Shown piece by piece: positions 40,492-64,000 of a stretch of 64,000 bases of DNA. The notes below the pieces were generated by a model, which had not been told where the DNA came from, did not search any database, and was given only the letters and a program-made list of their open reading frames with translations. Made by a program: the position numbers and the translations under genes. The stretch is from Antedon mediterranea (lineage: Eukaryota; Animalia; Echinodermata), in NCBI RefSeq assembly GCF_964355755.1, contig NC_092680.1, positions 16,191,045 to 16,255,044 on the forward strand, read 5' to 3'. Position 1 is the first letter of the stretch. Every line of letters starts with the position of its first letter.

Positions 40492-42054
40492 GGCCATATA
40501 CGTTACGTGTCATAAAGGACTCACAGCTTTCCTTGGTGTAACGTGGCGGGCTGCAACACACTACCCAGTAAACTATATAAACAACAATTATACGCTGATA
40601 TCAAGTAAACTATTATAAACAAAAATACGATACGATTGACAAAATACAATTTCTAATATCCCTTATCATTACGTAAAAGTGTTTAAATTTGTATAAAGTG
40701 AACTATGAGATATAAGACGTATGACAACCATCGAAGGAAGGGTCCCTGTGAAGTGTTGGGCTTTTCATTTTTTTATACAGAGACAAGCATATTTGCCACT
40801 TTAGTTTAGTCAAAGGACATTTGTCAACAAATTAACACCTTTAACACACTTTTGCTACGTGTTGCACCGTGACATCTGTGGCGAAGAGTGGGAATTTCCA
40901 GATTATATAGTCAATGGTGTAAAGCTGAAAGCTGTGACGTATAACCATTTATGAATATTTATATGTATTAGCCGTGTACAATATTTAAAATAATGTATAT
41001 TGATTATGCTTGGACGAGACCTAAAAATGTCCTTAAAATCTAGGTCAGCACGTGGTGAAATTATTTCTCCATGATCATTAAAAGAATCCAAATGTTATGA
41101 AGCTGCGGTAGCTTAGGCCTATGTGGGGTGGGTCCTGTTTGAAATGAATCTGTCACTGATTTATTGCGAATGAATTATTTACTGTGTTTAAATAAGATAA
41201 TTATACTTATCATGTGTGCCTGACACTTTGTTGCGGTACTACCTCTGCCTGTAGCCTAAAATCATATCAAAGAAGATTTGAACCAGCCAATACGCCACGT
41301 GTCAAAAAGAAAACTAACATCTTCCTTGGTGTAACGTGACGGGCTACATACGAAAAATATCAAAATTAACTCTACACTACACGTCACGAAAAAATAATTA
41401 AAAATAAATAATGAATGTATTAAAAGTAAATGAGATATGTTTCTGCAGAGGGCCCCTGTGAAGTGTCGGCTTTTTACTTTTTAAATGTCTTCCCTTTTCC
41501 CTTTTGCTAGCATTATTACTGTATTTCTAACAAAATAAAACTGTTAATGTTAACTGTTAAACAATAATATTTAAACAAATGATAGGAAAATAATGAGCAT
41601 GAATGCTCATAGCTCATACGCTTATACAACGTCAACAACAAACAGCAAAGTTTAAATAAATTCGTATGTTATATTCTTTTTTTTTTTAGCTTTATCTTTT
41701 AAATAAGTAAAATCAGTAAATTGTACGGTATTTATGATTTTCAGTCTGGTTTTAGATCATCTATTGATTCAGAATTTAAGTAATAATTGTAATTAACTGC
41801 CATGGTTAATTACTGATCTTACATCTTTAGAAGTCTCTAGTCTCTCTAGTCTAGTCATTACTCTATTCTTATTGGAAAGTGAAGAAATGTGAATATAGCT
41901 TAGCCTAATTGGGAAGTCACTGCACTGGTTTTATTCGATGGCCTAATGGTTGATAATAGTGGACCATTCATCCTTGGTAAAAATAAGGGATGGACATTTT
42001 TAGGACCCTTGTTTAACATACGTAAATTATTTGGAATCTCTAGCTAAATATGTA

Positions 42055-42986
42055 GGGCCGCTTGCGATTTTTTTTTTCGTACATAAGTTGGGGACCCCCT
42101 CATGAAACGTCACAAAATAAACATGAATAATTCATCAGTTAAATTTTCTTGTTCCGTGTGCACCCAAGCGTATAGCAACAAGAAGTGATTACACAAGTGC
42201 GGTACGATTCTAGGCCTAATCTCCGCTGTGGTTGCCGCGTGGGATTTCATAAAAGAATAGCGGCGTTTTGTGTGAATTGTCGAAATAATCAGCCTTTAGT
42301 TTAAGGTGTTTTTAATATAATTTATTACTAAAGAATTACGTATTAAAATTATAGTTTCTATTAATACTATTAGGCCTTATAATTATTAGTCTCTAAACCC
42401 ATGTCTATTATTCTAGTAGTAGCTGTGGGGGGGGGGGGGGTGTATGTGTTTAGGTATAAGTCAGCAAAATTAAACAATAACATTACACAAAAATACATTT
42501 TTTATTCTCGTGGGTCTAATCTTTCCCATCTCATGTGTTCACATACGCGCATTTTTAAAGTTCCTTTGAGTACATGCATATTGTTTGATAATAAAATAGC
42601 AGAATTAAAAAATTACAGTACACAAATTATACACATTTTTTATTCTTGTGGGTCTAAGCTTTCTTTGGGCTATGTCCAATTAATTACTTAGTTTAATATC
42701 TTGCCTAGCTGTCGATTAGCCTCGACACATTTTGCATAGTGGTGTGTGTGTGTGTGTGAAGATTAAGAAGAGTGCGCGAAGGCAATCACGTGAATTGACC
42801 TAGAATCCTAGGCCTACTCTAGAAAGAATCGTATCGCAGTTTAGTTGTGCGTGTAATCACTTCTTGTTGCTATACGCTTGGGTGCACACGGAACAACAAA
42901 TTTAACTGATGAATTATTCATGTTTATTTTGTGACGTTTCATGAGGGGGTCCCCCAACTTATGTACGAAAAAAAAATCGCGGCCCG
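42055..42986. mobile_element. Second, uninterrupted copy of the long-TIR MITE, in opposite orientation
   Basis: Same TIRs as 36877-40491, and the internal sequence is the reverse complement of 39718-40360. The empty site at about 34700 (TGTAGGCCCGCTTT) is compatible with a 9-bp TSD GGCCCGCTT with one mismatch. Confidence 0.85.
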
Positions 42987-43147
42987 CTTTATGGCGCTTT
43001 GTGGTTTCTGCTAAAAAAAAACCAACAAAACACAGTATCAAATTCAAACTAGCGACTGCACCGTGTATCAACATGACTGATCGTACCAGACGTATCCATA
43101 GCCAATGTAACAACACAAATCTTTCACTTGTTCAACCCAACGATGTT

Positions 43148-43495
43148 TATTTATTTTATTTTATTTTATTTTATGTCTTTAGGCAATGTGGCCAAGGATT
43201 ACCAATAGTGAATCACTGTCCTATCATGAGGTGGTAATCCCCCTGATACAGGGGCTATTTTGTGAACCAGTTCATCGGGGTAACCCCCTACTCTTTTTCG
43301 AATAATGAACTGGGTTCTTTAAAGCCGGGTTATAACTGTGTACACTGGACCTACGGTTTATAGTTCTTATCCGAGAAGACTTGTTCCACCACCAGAACTA
43401 GGAGCGAGTCGCCCTCGAACCCTTGCCGTGTTGTTGTTGGCTCTTTAGGTACGGTAAACGGCGCCCCTGCCTTAACCGCTCGGCCATATGACTCG
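43148..43495 (-). mobile_element. tRNA-derived SINE with Deu/Nin-like central domain
   Basis: Minus strand: A box TGGCCGAGCGG, B box GGTTCGA, central GGATAAGAACTATAAACCGTAGGTCC...TTATTCGAAAAAGAGTAGGGG, and an (AAAAT)n tail. TSD CGATGTT/CAATGTT. Absent from the paralogous site at about 34861. Confidence 0.8.
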
Positions 43496-43966
43496 CAATG
43501 TTCAATATTATTTGTGCATATTTACCGGACCGTTCCCTCTGATCCACATGATGTTCAAATAACAAAAAGAGGACGGAATGACGTCACCAATACTGGTTTC
43601 AGAGATGATATATGCTTACTGACATAAATTGGATAATTGTGATAAAATCACACGAAATGTTTGTTTCCTCCTAAAAAACGAAACTTTTCTACCATTTTAC
43701 ATTATCAATTTAGCACACAGTGCATTTTTGCTACGTATTGCGCCCCGTACTATAGATAGGGAATTTCCAGATGTTAATTTCAGACAGCATCGTTAATTAA
43801 TTGTCAATGGTGTAAAAATTAAATCTATAGTATCGTTTGATATGAATATTTATGCTTGTTTTTGTTAAAGCATCATCGAAATTAAAATAATTTGTTAATT
43901 TTATTAACAGATTATAATGTTTATATATGAGGCTTAGTACCTAATTATGGTTAATTTTATAGTTAA

Positions 43967-46900
43967 AGTGGAGCTCCACCCAGAAAATTACTATTTTTCA
44001 TACATTTCAACTATTATTTAAAAATATCATCCCCCATACTTCATATTTTTTTGAATTTTTTTTCAATGAGTACGAGTTTCTTGAAAATCACGCCTTTTTG
44101 CGTTTTGGGGGGATACCTTGTAATTTCCTATTCTTTTACATGCAAAAGGGGGGTATATTTGAATAATCCTAAAAAATTAATTTCTTCACTAAAAAAAAAA
44201 TTTAAAATGTAGTTTTATGTAATTTTTCCAGATCTTTCTATTTCTGGTATAGTTATCGCGTATACATTGCGCAATTTTGCGTAAATAGACACTTTCCCCC
44301 GTTCGGGTCCAATTGGGTTTTTTATTTTGCTAGGGAGTATGATCACGTGACATTTTTCACAATCACACTACTGCAGCTGGCGATCTGTTATTTTGTCGCG
44401 ATGTTATTTTTGACGGGCAAAAAGTATATTAAAACATTCTGAATGTGACCCTATCATGTTTCACAGTGTAATAATGTGATTATGAGACTTATTACTATAA
44501 AAATGTCAAATCTAACGAGATTTGAGAAAGATGTGGCTATATATTCAATAAAGCTAGGCCTAGGCCTACTAGAGTGTAGGTATGTACCGATGCTGCTTGG
44601 CCTCCAGCTGCTAGGCTGACACTCAGCAGTGAAGTTTGTTCTGCTGTCACACCCAACCTCGGCCTACCCATATGGGCCATGATAGGGTGCCTGAATAGTT
44701 GCTTTTCAGTCAGGCCTAAGCTTCCACATCGCTTTACTACTCTTGTTCTGTATAGGATTTTGTGTTTCACAAATCTAATGTGCGAGAAAACCCAGGAATG
44801 ATAAATGGGGCGAAACGACCAAGAATTTTCAAACCCATGAATGCATATAGGCCTAGACAAAAAATTCAAGGCTAGCTAGGCCTAGGCTGAGCAGACGGCT
44901 TAGCTAGGCCTAGCTTAAAGTTAATAAACAATCTGATAAGATTATTATGCTGTTGTTGTACAGTGCAAATCATGAGGTTACAATACATGTAAATTATACC
45001 AGGGAGTTGCTCCCTGATTATACTGACATTTTTATCGGAAATATTACTTAGGCCTAGGGTAGGCCTAAACAAATCGTATTAATTGTGTGTATCAAATGGG
45101 GTGCTGGTCAACCCGTACCCAAACCAACCCGTACCCATGCCAACTCGTACCCAACTTGGCTAACCCGTACCCAAATAATTGGTCAACTCGTACCCACTTT
45201 GGCTAACCCGTACCCAAACCAACCCGTACCCATGCCAACTCGTACCTAAATATTTGGCTTACTCGTACCCAAGTATTTGGCTTACTCGTACCCATTATTT
45301 GGCTTTCTCGTACCCATTATTTGGCTTACCCGTACCCATTTTTGGCTTACTCGTACCCATTATTTGGCCTACTCGTACCCAATTTGAATAATTACTTGTA
45401 ATGATTTGATCGGCGCAAAACGGATGCTTTTGCCGTATGAATATTTTTATATTTAAATTGTTTTTTTATTTTACAGGTCTCGGTGAAATGTGTGCTAATA
45501 AAAAAATTAATGACCATTGATTTGATTGTAGACTTCGTTTAATTAGGCATATATTTGTTAACATTTATTTAAATGTTGTATTATAGTTTTATAAACGTAT
45601 GTTTGATGTGTCTTTTTTATTTACGTAAGAGAAAATTAATTTAATAAAAAAATATTTTAACTGTTGTATAGTTAGTATTACAATTCAATTAAGCCCAGGT
45701 AAAGTACCAACAACGTATAATTTTATACTTATCAATTTTTATTCTTTTATTTTATTCTAATTATCTTCCCTGATTGCATTCGATCAAGTAATTATTATTT
45801 CTATTGTATTTGTATGTTCAAAATTGGTTGAATTAACGACGCCCTGTTTTAAGCAAAAAGCCTGCAGGGGGCTATGGGGTCGAATTACTCGTAGATTTCG
45901 TGTTACGTGTTTTTGCTGACCGGGATTAACCTTTTATTACAAAAAACACGCATTTATAGGGCCGGCGTCAAAGAGACGACTCAGTAATGACGTATGATCG
46001 TTTTCCATATATTTTATTTATTAATAATTCAGTGAAATGATCATATACACGTACTGTCGTACTGTAAGGCAATTATTAAACATTTTGGCAGATTTTCTTC
46101 TATAACAGCTACGTACGTGTTTTTGCTGAATGGGGATTCCTCTTTAATATTTAAAAAAAACGCATTTGTACGGGTCCATTTGTATTGTGTCCAAAAATAG
46201 ACAACGCAATGTGGCGTATGATCGTTTTCTATTTATTTTTTTTCTGAAATAATTCAGTAAAATTATCTGTTTGTTTACGGTAATTAAACATTTTTGGTAA
46301 ATGTTTCCTCAATAACAGCTACGTGTTTTTGCTGACGAGGGATTCCCTTTTTTAAAAAAAATACGCATTCTATAATGTGTCAAATAAGACAAATGAATGA
46401 ACTACGATCGTTTTTCCATGGCAACGGATGTCGTTATTTACTAAAATAATATAAACGTTCTGAAGGCCTACCTACACGTGTCTGAGTACTTACGTATCTG
46501 TCAGCGATAAGATGATTTTTTTAAGTTTGTAGTATTTATTTCGGTTTTTAGTCATAATAATAGGCTACAGTAATAATCATTATAAAATGAAAACGTAATA
46601 ACAGCAAATGTCGTCGTTTGTAATTAAATGTTAAATTATTGGGAGGTTACCTTTTATTATTACTCTCACATCCGTCATTGTATACTAGATAAACGGCAAT
46701 AATCTAATCTACTACTAAGATGCTCATAGCAGCAATGAGGCTGGTATCCACTTAAATAGTTTCGTGATTTTAAAATACGAGTGACTACTTAAAAATGTAT
46801 TAAATATTTTCGAAATGTTAAAACAGTTTAATAATTTCCAAAACTTGCAAAACAAAACAACAAAAAACATTCGTTTTAAAACGATTTTCAAAAAGCACAT

Positions 46901-47779
46901 TACTTCATTATCTGTAAAATAAAATGAAAATACAAATTATGTATAAAAGATATTCATGTTTACTTTTAATAATTCAAGTTTTCATCATCACAGACTAGTG
47001 GGTATTTCAATTTCCGTTTACTAGTACTACTATTTGTAGAAAATAATAGATGAATAACTCATAAATGAAAAAAAATAGAATGCAGCACAGCCGACCACTG
47101 ACATCTTCCACAGAGCCATATAAAACAGCGCCCTCAAGTATTAACTTGACCAAATACGACGTACGCAATACGATGAAAGCTGTGCTTTTTTCGTACGAGT
47201 CTGTACATATTATTATACTTTTTAGGTCAATAGTTTTTGCCATTATAATATCGAACATATGATTGGTATCTAAAAATTTAATAAAACTGGGTTTAAATGT
47301 AATATAAATATACTTTAAATAGCATTAAACTTGGGTACGGGCTAGCCAATGATGGGTACGGGTCAGCCAATGATGGGTACGGGTCAGCCAAAATTTTGGG
47401 TACGAGTAAGCCAAAATTTGGGTACGAGTTGGTGGGTACGAGTTGGCATGGGTACGGGTTGACCTGTATTCTATAAAATGTATTCCCCATTTTTCGACAC
47501 ATAATTTACCAAAGGGGAGACATTTCACACATGCGTTCACCGGCGACTAAAACGCGTCAGTTGCTAAGTGTAACGCGTTTCGCGACGTATGGTAAACTAA
47601 TAACCCCTAAGTTACTGAAAAAGTGTAATGTATTAAAAAACACTATTTTCTGACCGATTTTTTAGAAATGAGTTTTTGGAAAATATTTCCGTATTTTCCC
47701 TGTTTTTTTTATGTAATTACTTTCAATTAAACATACTTAAACATAATATAAGCTGAGAAAGTCTGAGTGTAGCTCCACT
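43967..47779. mobile_element. Non-autonomous Kolobok-like DNA transposon (TTAA TSD)
   Basis: TTAA|AGTGGAGCTCCACCCAGA ... TCTGAGTGTAGCTCCACT|TTAA. The paralogous empty site TATAGTTAAATTAGT is at about 35323. Confidence 0.85.
45106..47465. mobile_element. Nested non-autonomous element with arrays of subterminal inverted repeats
   Basis: Many AC(C/T)CGTACCC copies at 45110-45380 and inverted GGGTACG(G/A)G copies at 47332-47460. Termini GGTCAACCCGTACCC / GGGTACGGGTTGACC. Three internal repeats start ACGTGTTTTTGCTGA (about 45905, 46095, 46321). TSD not found. Confidence 0.7.
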
Positions 47780-49497
47780 TTAAATTAGTAAATCCTCAAA
47801 TAATCCAAATTAGGTGTAGGCCTGTTGTTTGAAATAAATAATGTCACTGATTTTATGCGAATACTTATTTACTGTATACAAGTAAGATCATTATAATTTG
47901 TATGTATGTCTAACACTTTATTGCGATTCGACCTGCCTGTAGCCTATTCATTGCGCACAGCATATACGTTATAAAAGGACTGACATCTTTCCTTGGTGTA
48001 ACGTAATGGGCTGCACCATACTATGTAAGTAAGCTATATAAACAACGATAATATCAAGTAAACTATTATAAACAAAAATACGATGCGATTGACAAAATAC
48101 AATTTCTAATATATTATCATTATCATTACGTAAAAGTGTTTTAATTTGTATAAAGTGAACTATGAGATATAAGACGTATGACAACCTTAATTTCTATAGA
48201 AGGGCCCCTGTGAAGTGTTAGGCTTTTAAATTTGTTTTTATTTTAGTTCTTTCCGAGAGAAAAGCATGCCACTGTATTTTAATCTACCATCACAAAGGAC
48301 ATTTGTCTACAATGTCACACTTTTAATATAAAATACACATACTTTTGCTACATATTGCACCCCATACTATGTGGCGAAGTGGAATTTCCAGATTATATAT
48401 ATAAGTAGATAAATTACATTGTCAATTATGTAAAACTGGTGACGTGTTACCGTAACCATTTATGAATATTTATAACCATTAGCGTGAATTTAAAATAATG
48501 TATATATTTCAAAGATTATGCTTGGACGAGAGCTAAAACATATCCTTATACAGGTGACATTGGTTCTCCGTCGTCATAAAATAATCCTCATTTATGAAGC
48601 TGCGGTAGGCCTATTTAATTTAGGCCTTGTTTGAAAATGATATCACTGATTTATTGCGAATGAATTATTTACTGTGTATAAATAAGATGATTATATATGG
48701 TATGTGCCTGACACTTTGTTGCGGTACTACTTCTGCGAAGCCAAACAACTGAAACTGTAGCCGTTACGTCACGTGTCAAAAAGGAACTACCATATTCCTT
48801 GGTGTCACGTGGCGGGCTACTGAAATATCGAATCAACTCTACTACACTACAAACGAAAAATGAAAAATAAAATGTATTAAAAGTTAATGAGATATCTTCT
48901 GCGGAAGGCCCCTGTGAAGTGTACGGCTTTTTACTCTTTTCAAAAGAAACATTATTGAGAAAATAAAACGAAATAAACATGAATGCTCTAAACACTGTGA
49001 CTCTTTAGGCACACGTTAATACAACCTCAAAACAAAAAACAGTGCTTTAATATCTTTTTAAATAAACTTAATGAGAAGATTTATTTACATGATAAGTTCA
49101 AATGTCTGTTTTTTGAAAAGATATAAATGAATAAGCGAATGTGGTTTAGTCAGTTTAGTTATTCATTATGAATGACCTATAGCTGTTTCTAATTGAATGA
49201 TGAGAAATGATTTAAAGATATAGAACCGTTAGTTAATTGGGTAGGGCCGGCTAAAACAATTATGTTATATCTATAAAAAGACAAACACAAACTAAATTTA
49301 TTCATATAAAATTGACCAATTCGATAACAATTATGTTTGAAAATAAAAAAAAATATTCACTAAACGTAACACCCAATTTACTAAAGGCTATTAGTTGTTA
49401 GGCCTACTGTCAGGTACTTAGCAAACACAAAAGTGCTATTTTTTTACTAAAATATAGAGGGCGATGTTTTCTTAAACGTGCTTTTCCGGGTCAAAGG

Positions 49498-49506
49498 TCT
49501 CTTTAT
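49498..49506 (+). promoter_or_regulatory. TCT/5'TOP-type pyrimidine initiator of RPS6
   Basis: TCTCTTT about 35-40 nt upstream of the RPS6 ATG, as is typical of ribosomal protein genes. Confidence 0.6.
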
Positions 49507-49536
49507 GTGGTATGCTGAAAAACTAGTACAGCGACC

Positions 49537-53275
<3,739 letters not shown>

Positions 53276-55070
53276 ATTAAACGTTTTAAAGGTGGTTTGA
53301 AAGATGTAATAAATAGGCGGTATTGAAAACTGTAACGTTTGTTTTTGTCTGTCTTAGTTTCATGTGTCTTTTGCTTACAACACCAAGTTTATCAAAATAC
53401 TGTACTAAAGTACGTAAAAAGGAAAATTGTTTCCCAAATACAAAGTTCAGTCCTGTATTATAAATGGGTCTTGCAGATTTTGTTTAAAATGGTAAATTTT
53501 GATCTTCTGTTATTTCCCTTTTTAGGAGGTAGGTTCTGGGATCATTCGCTCTTAAGAGTTCATATTTTGTTTATGAAGAACACTACAAATATTTTCACAC
53601 TCCTCGTCTTGCATGTGAAAGTTAGACGCAATACACTTGTACGGAAAAGTGAGAATGGTACTAATATGCATGTGCATACGAACAAAAAGAAATTGACTAG
53701 CCAGCACTTTATGATGGAGAAAAATTGTCATTCCATTAAGAGAATAATTTATTCGTTGAAAGATTGACTGCTCTATTGATTGAGGCGGAGCCATCCAACC
53801 AATAAACATTCATTATGTGTATACTATAGCATCTCACTACGTTACAAAACAAACAAAACACAATGATCCAATTAATAGAATACCGTTTATTTGCCAAATT
53901 AAAAGATGGTAGACACCGTACACATTTTCTTGTATATAGGCCAAATGAACAAAAACATTTAGATTTCAACATGTTGGTAAATGCAATTATTTAAATTACA
54001 AATTAAAAGAATAAGCAATTGGTTTATACAACAGAAATGAATCAGTGTTTATTATCATTTTATCAATATTGAAATGGAATTTGATGGAAAAAAAATATCT
54101 AATATTGGAAAAATGAAGGAAAGCAACGACTAAAAACATATTACAATCATCATTAATGCATCTGTACTTGCAAAATCACCTGCTTGACGCATTTCAGGCA
54201 AAATTGTATAAGCTCTTTGAGTAACCTATATTTTTCGTAACAAAAAAAGAAATGTTAACAGAGTTACTGTTACTATACTAATACTACAGTATATATATTT
54301 TTTTTGTTTATATACTTCTAGGAATTTCTTCTCCAAAGTAATGCAGCAATTTTTTTTTAAATCTTTCTAATCTCAAAATTGTTATGGGATGAACATTTGG
54401 GTGTACTGTTTCAATTAGTAGTTTTAGTCTAAATTCGATAGAGGCCTAGTACAAATATAAATAAAGTTTGGTGCATTATTTGAAAATGTTATCAGGAACA
54501 ACCTTTGGCTCAGATCATGGGAAAAGGAGGGGGGAGATGAATTGGAATATATGTGGGAGGGGATGGTCACCCTTACTTTTCAATTGCAAACCCATAAAAT
54601 TCAACTTTGTACTGTGAGAAAGTGAAAGATAGATATGCAAGATATGATACACTGCTATAAAATGACTATAAAGATAATTGCACCAATATTCACAATTTGT
54701 TTACTATGTTTAAAATGACTAAAACATTACCACCATACAAAATCCCAATGACATAAACATAACTGAAATAATATGCACAATTTAAACATCTACTGCTTAT
54801 GCAATAATGTCACATCTAATTTTACTAAAACCAGTTTACAATTTGTAACAAAAATAATTAACATAAATTATCTAACAAAATTTCTAACAGAAATTAAAAT
54901 CTATTTCTTGAACGAACATGCTCTTGGCTCACTCTAGTTTTGTTTAAAGCCCATTTCAGATTTAACTGTAGTATGGTGTATGCAATAACATTTAGGAATT
55001 TCATAGCTTGGTTTGCCATTCTAATCTACATGCACAAATACAACACTGAATGAATTAGCTATATTTCTAA

Positions 55071-55214
55071 AGCTCTGTCTACACTATCAAACTTTATGCG
55101 ACAAAAAAATGTGTTGTGCCATGGACATGATGATGTCATATCACTACCATATTTGGGCATATCACTACCACATTTTGGCACATCACAAACTCGTTTGATA
55201 GTATAGACAGAGCT
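55071..55214. mobile_element. About 150-bp MITE family, 4 copies (also 55335-55484, 58861-59024, 63325-63465)
   Basis: TIRs AGCTCTGTCTACACTATCAAAC / GTTTGATAGT.TAGACAGAGCT in a TTAA/TAA context, with internal ATCACTACCATATTTGGGC repeats. Confidence 0.85.
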
Positions 55215-55641
55215 TAAGCATTAATTTACTTTATGGTAAATAATCAAATAATCTCCACAGTTAGGGAGTGCAATACATAAATTGGTTTCAGTCGCAGTCG
55301 AATAATTGGTTCTAATTGGCAAGTTGTACTCTTAAGCTCTATCTACACTATCAAACTTTATGCGACATAAACATGTGATGTGCCCAAATATGAACATGAT
55401 ACCATTACCACATTTTCGTATATCACTACCATATTTGGCCACATCCCACTTTTTTGTCAAAATAGTTTGATAGTTTAGACCAGCATTACATTATCAGACA
55501 TACCACCACATTAATTTGAAGCACTACAACTTGCCCAAATACTGAACACTGTCCATTCAGTTGAATTAATTTAAAACAAACAATATAATAAATGATAGCT
55601 ACAGTATTAGAATGTCAATCGGAAGGAATGGTTTCAACAAT

Positions 55642-56124
55642 AGAGAGGTTTCACAATCTTACGAATACGATAACGAAAACGGATACGTCACGCGCACGTA
55701 TTCGTAAGCCAGTAAAAATCTGAATGAAATATTGAGGGCGCCGTCCAAAATATGACTGCGGTAAATTTGAGCGAAGCGCAGGTACGTGTTGCTTGGTGCT
55801 TGGCTGCCTAGGCCTAGCGTAACATCAATGCGAGTGAGGACTTTAAAAACTATTTATCAAAATTGACCTGGCATTTTAGTAAATTACTTTAGTAAATTAC
55901 TTTCAATAAATCTATAATTATATTATAATCATGAATCATTCCTGAATCAAATGCAAAATGTGCAAAATAGATCAAAAACTATACTTTTTTTGTAGTTACG
56001 AATATGACTGGGGATATTCGTCCACACGAATATGCTTTACGAATATGAAATGGGGATCAGCTCAAAAGTTTCACAAATGCGTGACGTATCCGTTTTCGTT
56101 ATCGTATGGCTGCGAAACCTCCCT
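55642..56124. mobile_element. MITE with about 50-bp TIRs and 3-bp TSD (PIF/Harbinger-like)
   Basis: AAT|AGAGAGGTTTC..TACGATAACGAAAACGGATACGTCACGC ... GCGTGACGTATCCGTTTTCGTTATCGTA..GAAACCTCCCT|AAT. Confidence 0.75.
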
Positions 56125-56722
56125 AATATAATCTTGATTTTCAAAATGGATATGGTTACGAGAAAATAGATGATGCCTATTTGAGTGTGCCTTATTTGAA
56201 GGAGTATGTTGCTCAAGAGGACATAAATTCCAATACATCTATGCATGTCTGACCTCACCAGATTGTTGACATAGTTTATATAGAGTGGCAAAAGAGCTGT
56301 TGTTGAGAAATTAAATTGGGTAATGTGGCGAAAACTGATTTTATTTACCCCATTATCACCCATATAATCATGTTAGAATTTAAGAATTTAATTTTAGAGT
56401 CTATTTTTAAAATAGCTACATTCCTTTCGAGGTTTTAATCTTATTTAAATTGCCTTCAGAGAGAAACTCCCTTTGTAGACATCCGTATTTAACTTTGTAC
56501 TTTGTACTTATAACCAAGTGCTTTCCAATGCTTTGCACTCATTACGCTTTGTTCTTTTTTAAGCAACTCAATTATGTGCAAGCACACGACACTTCTCTTC
56601 ATCTACGTCGTCTGTTGGTTGACAAGCCGCTTCTTCCGCTTCGTCATCTTGTGTTCGGTTTACTTTAGTAGTCATTCAGCCGGCATTTGGGCACGACAGC
56701 CTTTCCGGCAAGACCAACATCG

Positions 56723-64000
<7,278 letters not shown>

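Larger units (their letters stand above)
32800..48940 (+). repeat. Array of 8 diverged 500-700 bp non-coding units (types A and B), organised as a tandem duplication of a 3.6 kb block
   Basis: Approximate units: A1 32800-33455, B1 33520-34140, A2 35085-35545 (3' deletion), B2 35645-36262, A3 36636-40775 (5'-truncated, interrupted), B3 40850-41482, A4 43720-48228 (interrupted), B4 48340-48940. Shared blocks: GGAATTTCC, TGTTTGAAAT..TCACTGATTT, CACTTT.TTGCG, the hairpin and CCCTGTGAAGTGT..GGCTTTT. Confidence 0.9.

Noticed and set aside
45110-45380. Short repeats with variable spacers resembling a CRISPR array
   Set aside because: Eukaryotic context, very short spacers, mirrored in inverted orientation at 47332-47460, and no cas genes. 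These are transposon subterminal repeats.
32800-48940. Array units as telomerase RNA, snoRNA or pre-miRNA
   Set aside because: There is no CTAACCCTAA template in the units and no consistent C/D or H/ACA boxes, and the hairpin is short with internal loops. An Rfam search is still needed.

Overview
AT-rich, intron-containing animal genomic DNA, probably a marine invertebrate deuterostome. That taxon is inferred from a Deu-domain-like SINE, the transposon families present and TAGGCCTA-rich tracts. All gene models were assembled by hand and checked for intron phase. From left to right the window contains: (1) a six-exon aquaglyceroporin on the minus strand with non-canonical NPG/NPF pore motifs; (2) a TIR-death domain gene; (3) an adjacent paralogous TIR-ZU5-ZU5-UPA-death domain gene with a myristoylation-type N-terminus; (4) a single-ORF NHL beta-propeller gene; (5) RPS6; and (6) the 3' part of UPF1. 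Between the NHL gene and RPS6 is a tandemly duplicated, transposon-interrupted array of a 500-700 bp non-coding unit, with 8 plus-strand copies and 1 inverted outlier. Units with an intact 5' end start at an NF-kB-type site, and most carry a conserved hairpin and end in a stem-loop plus T-tract. This array is the best candidate for an undescribed system, possibly a structured ncRNA family. No database searches were run, so family assignments rest on motif recognition.
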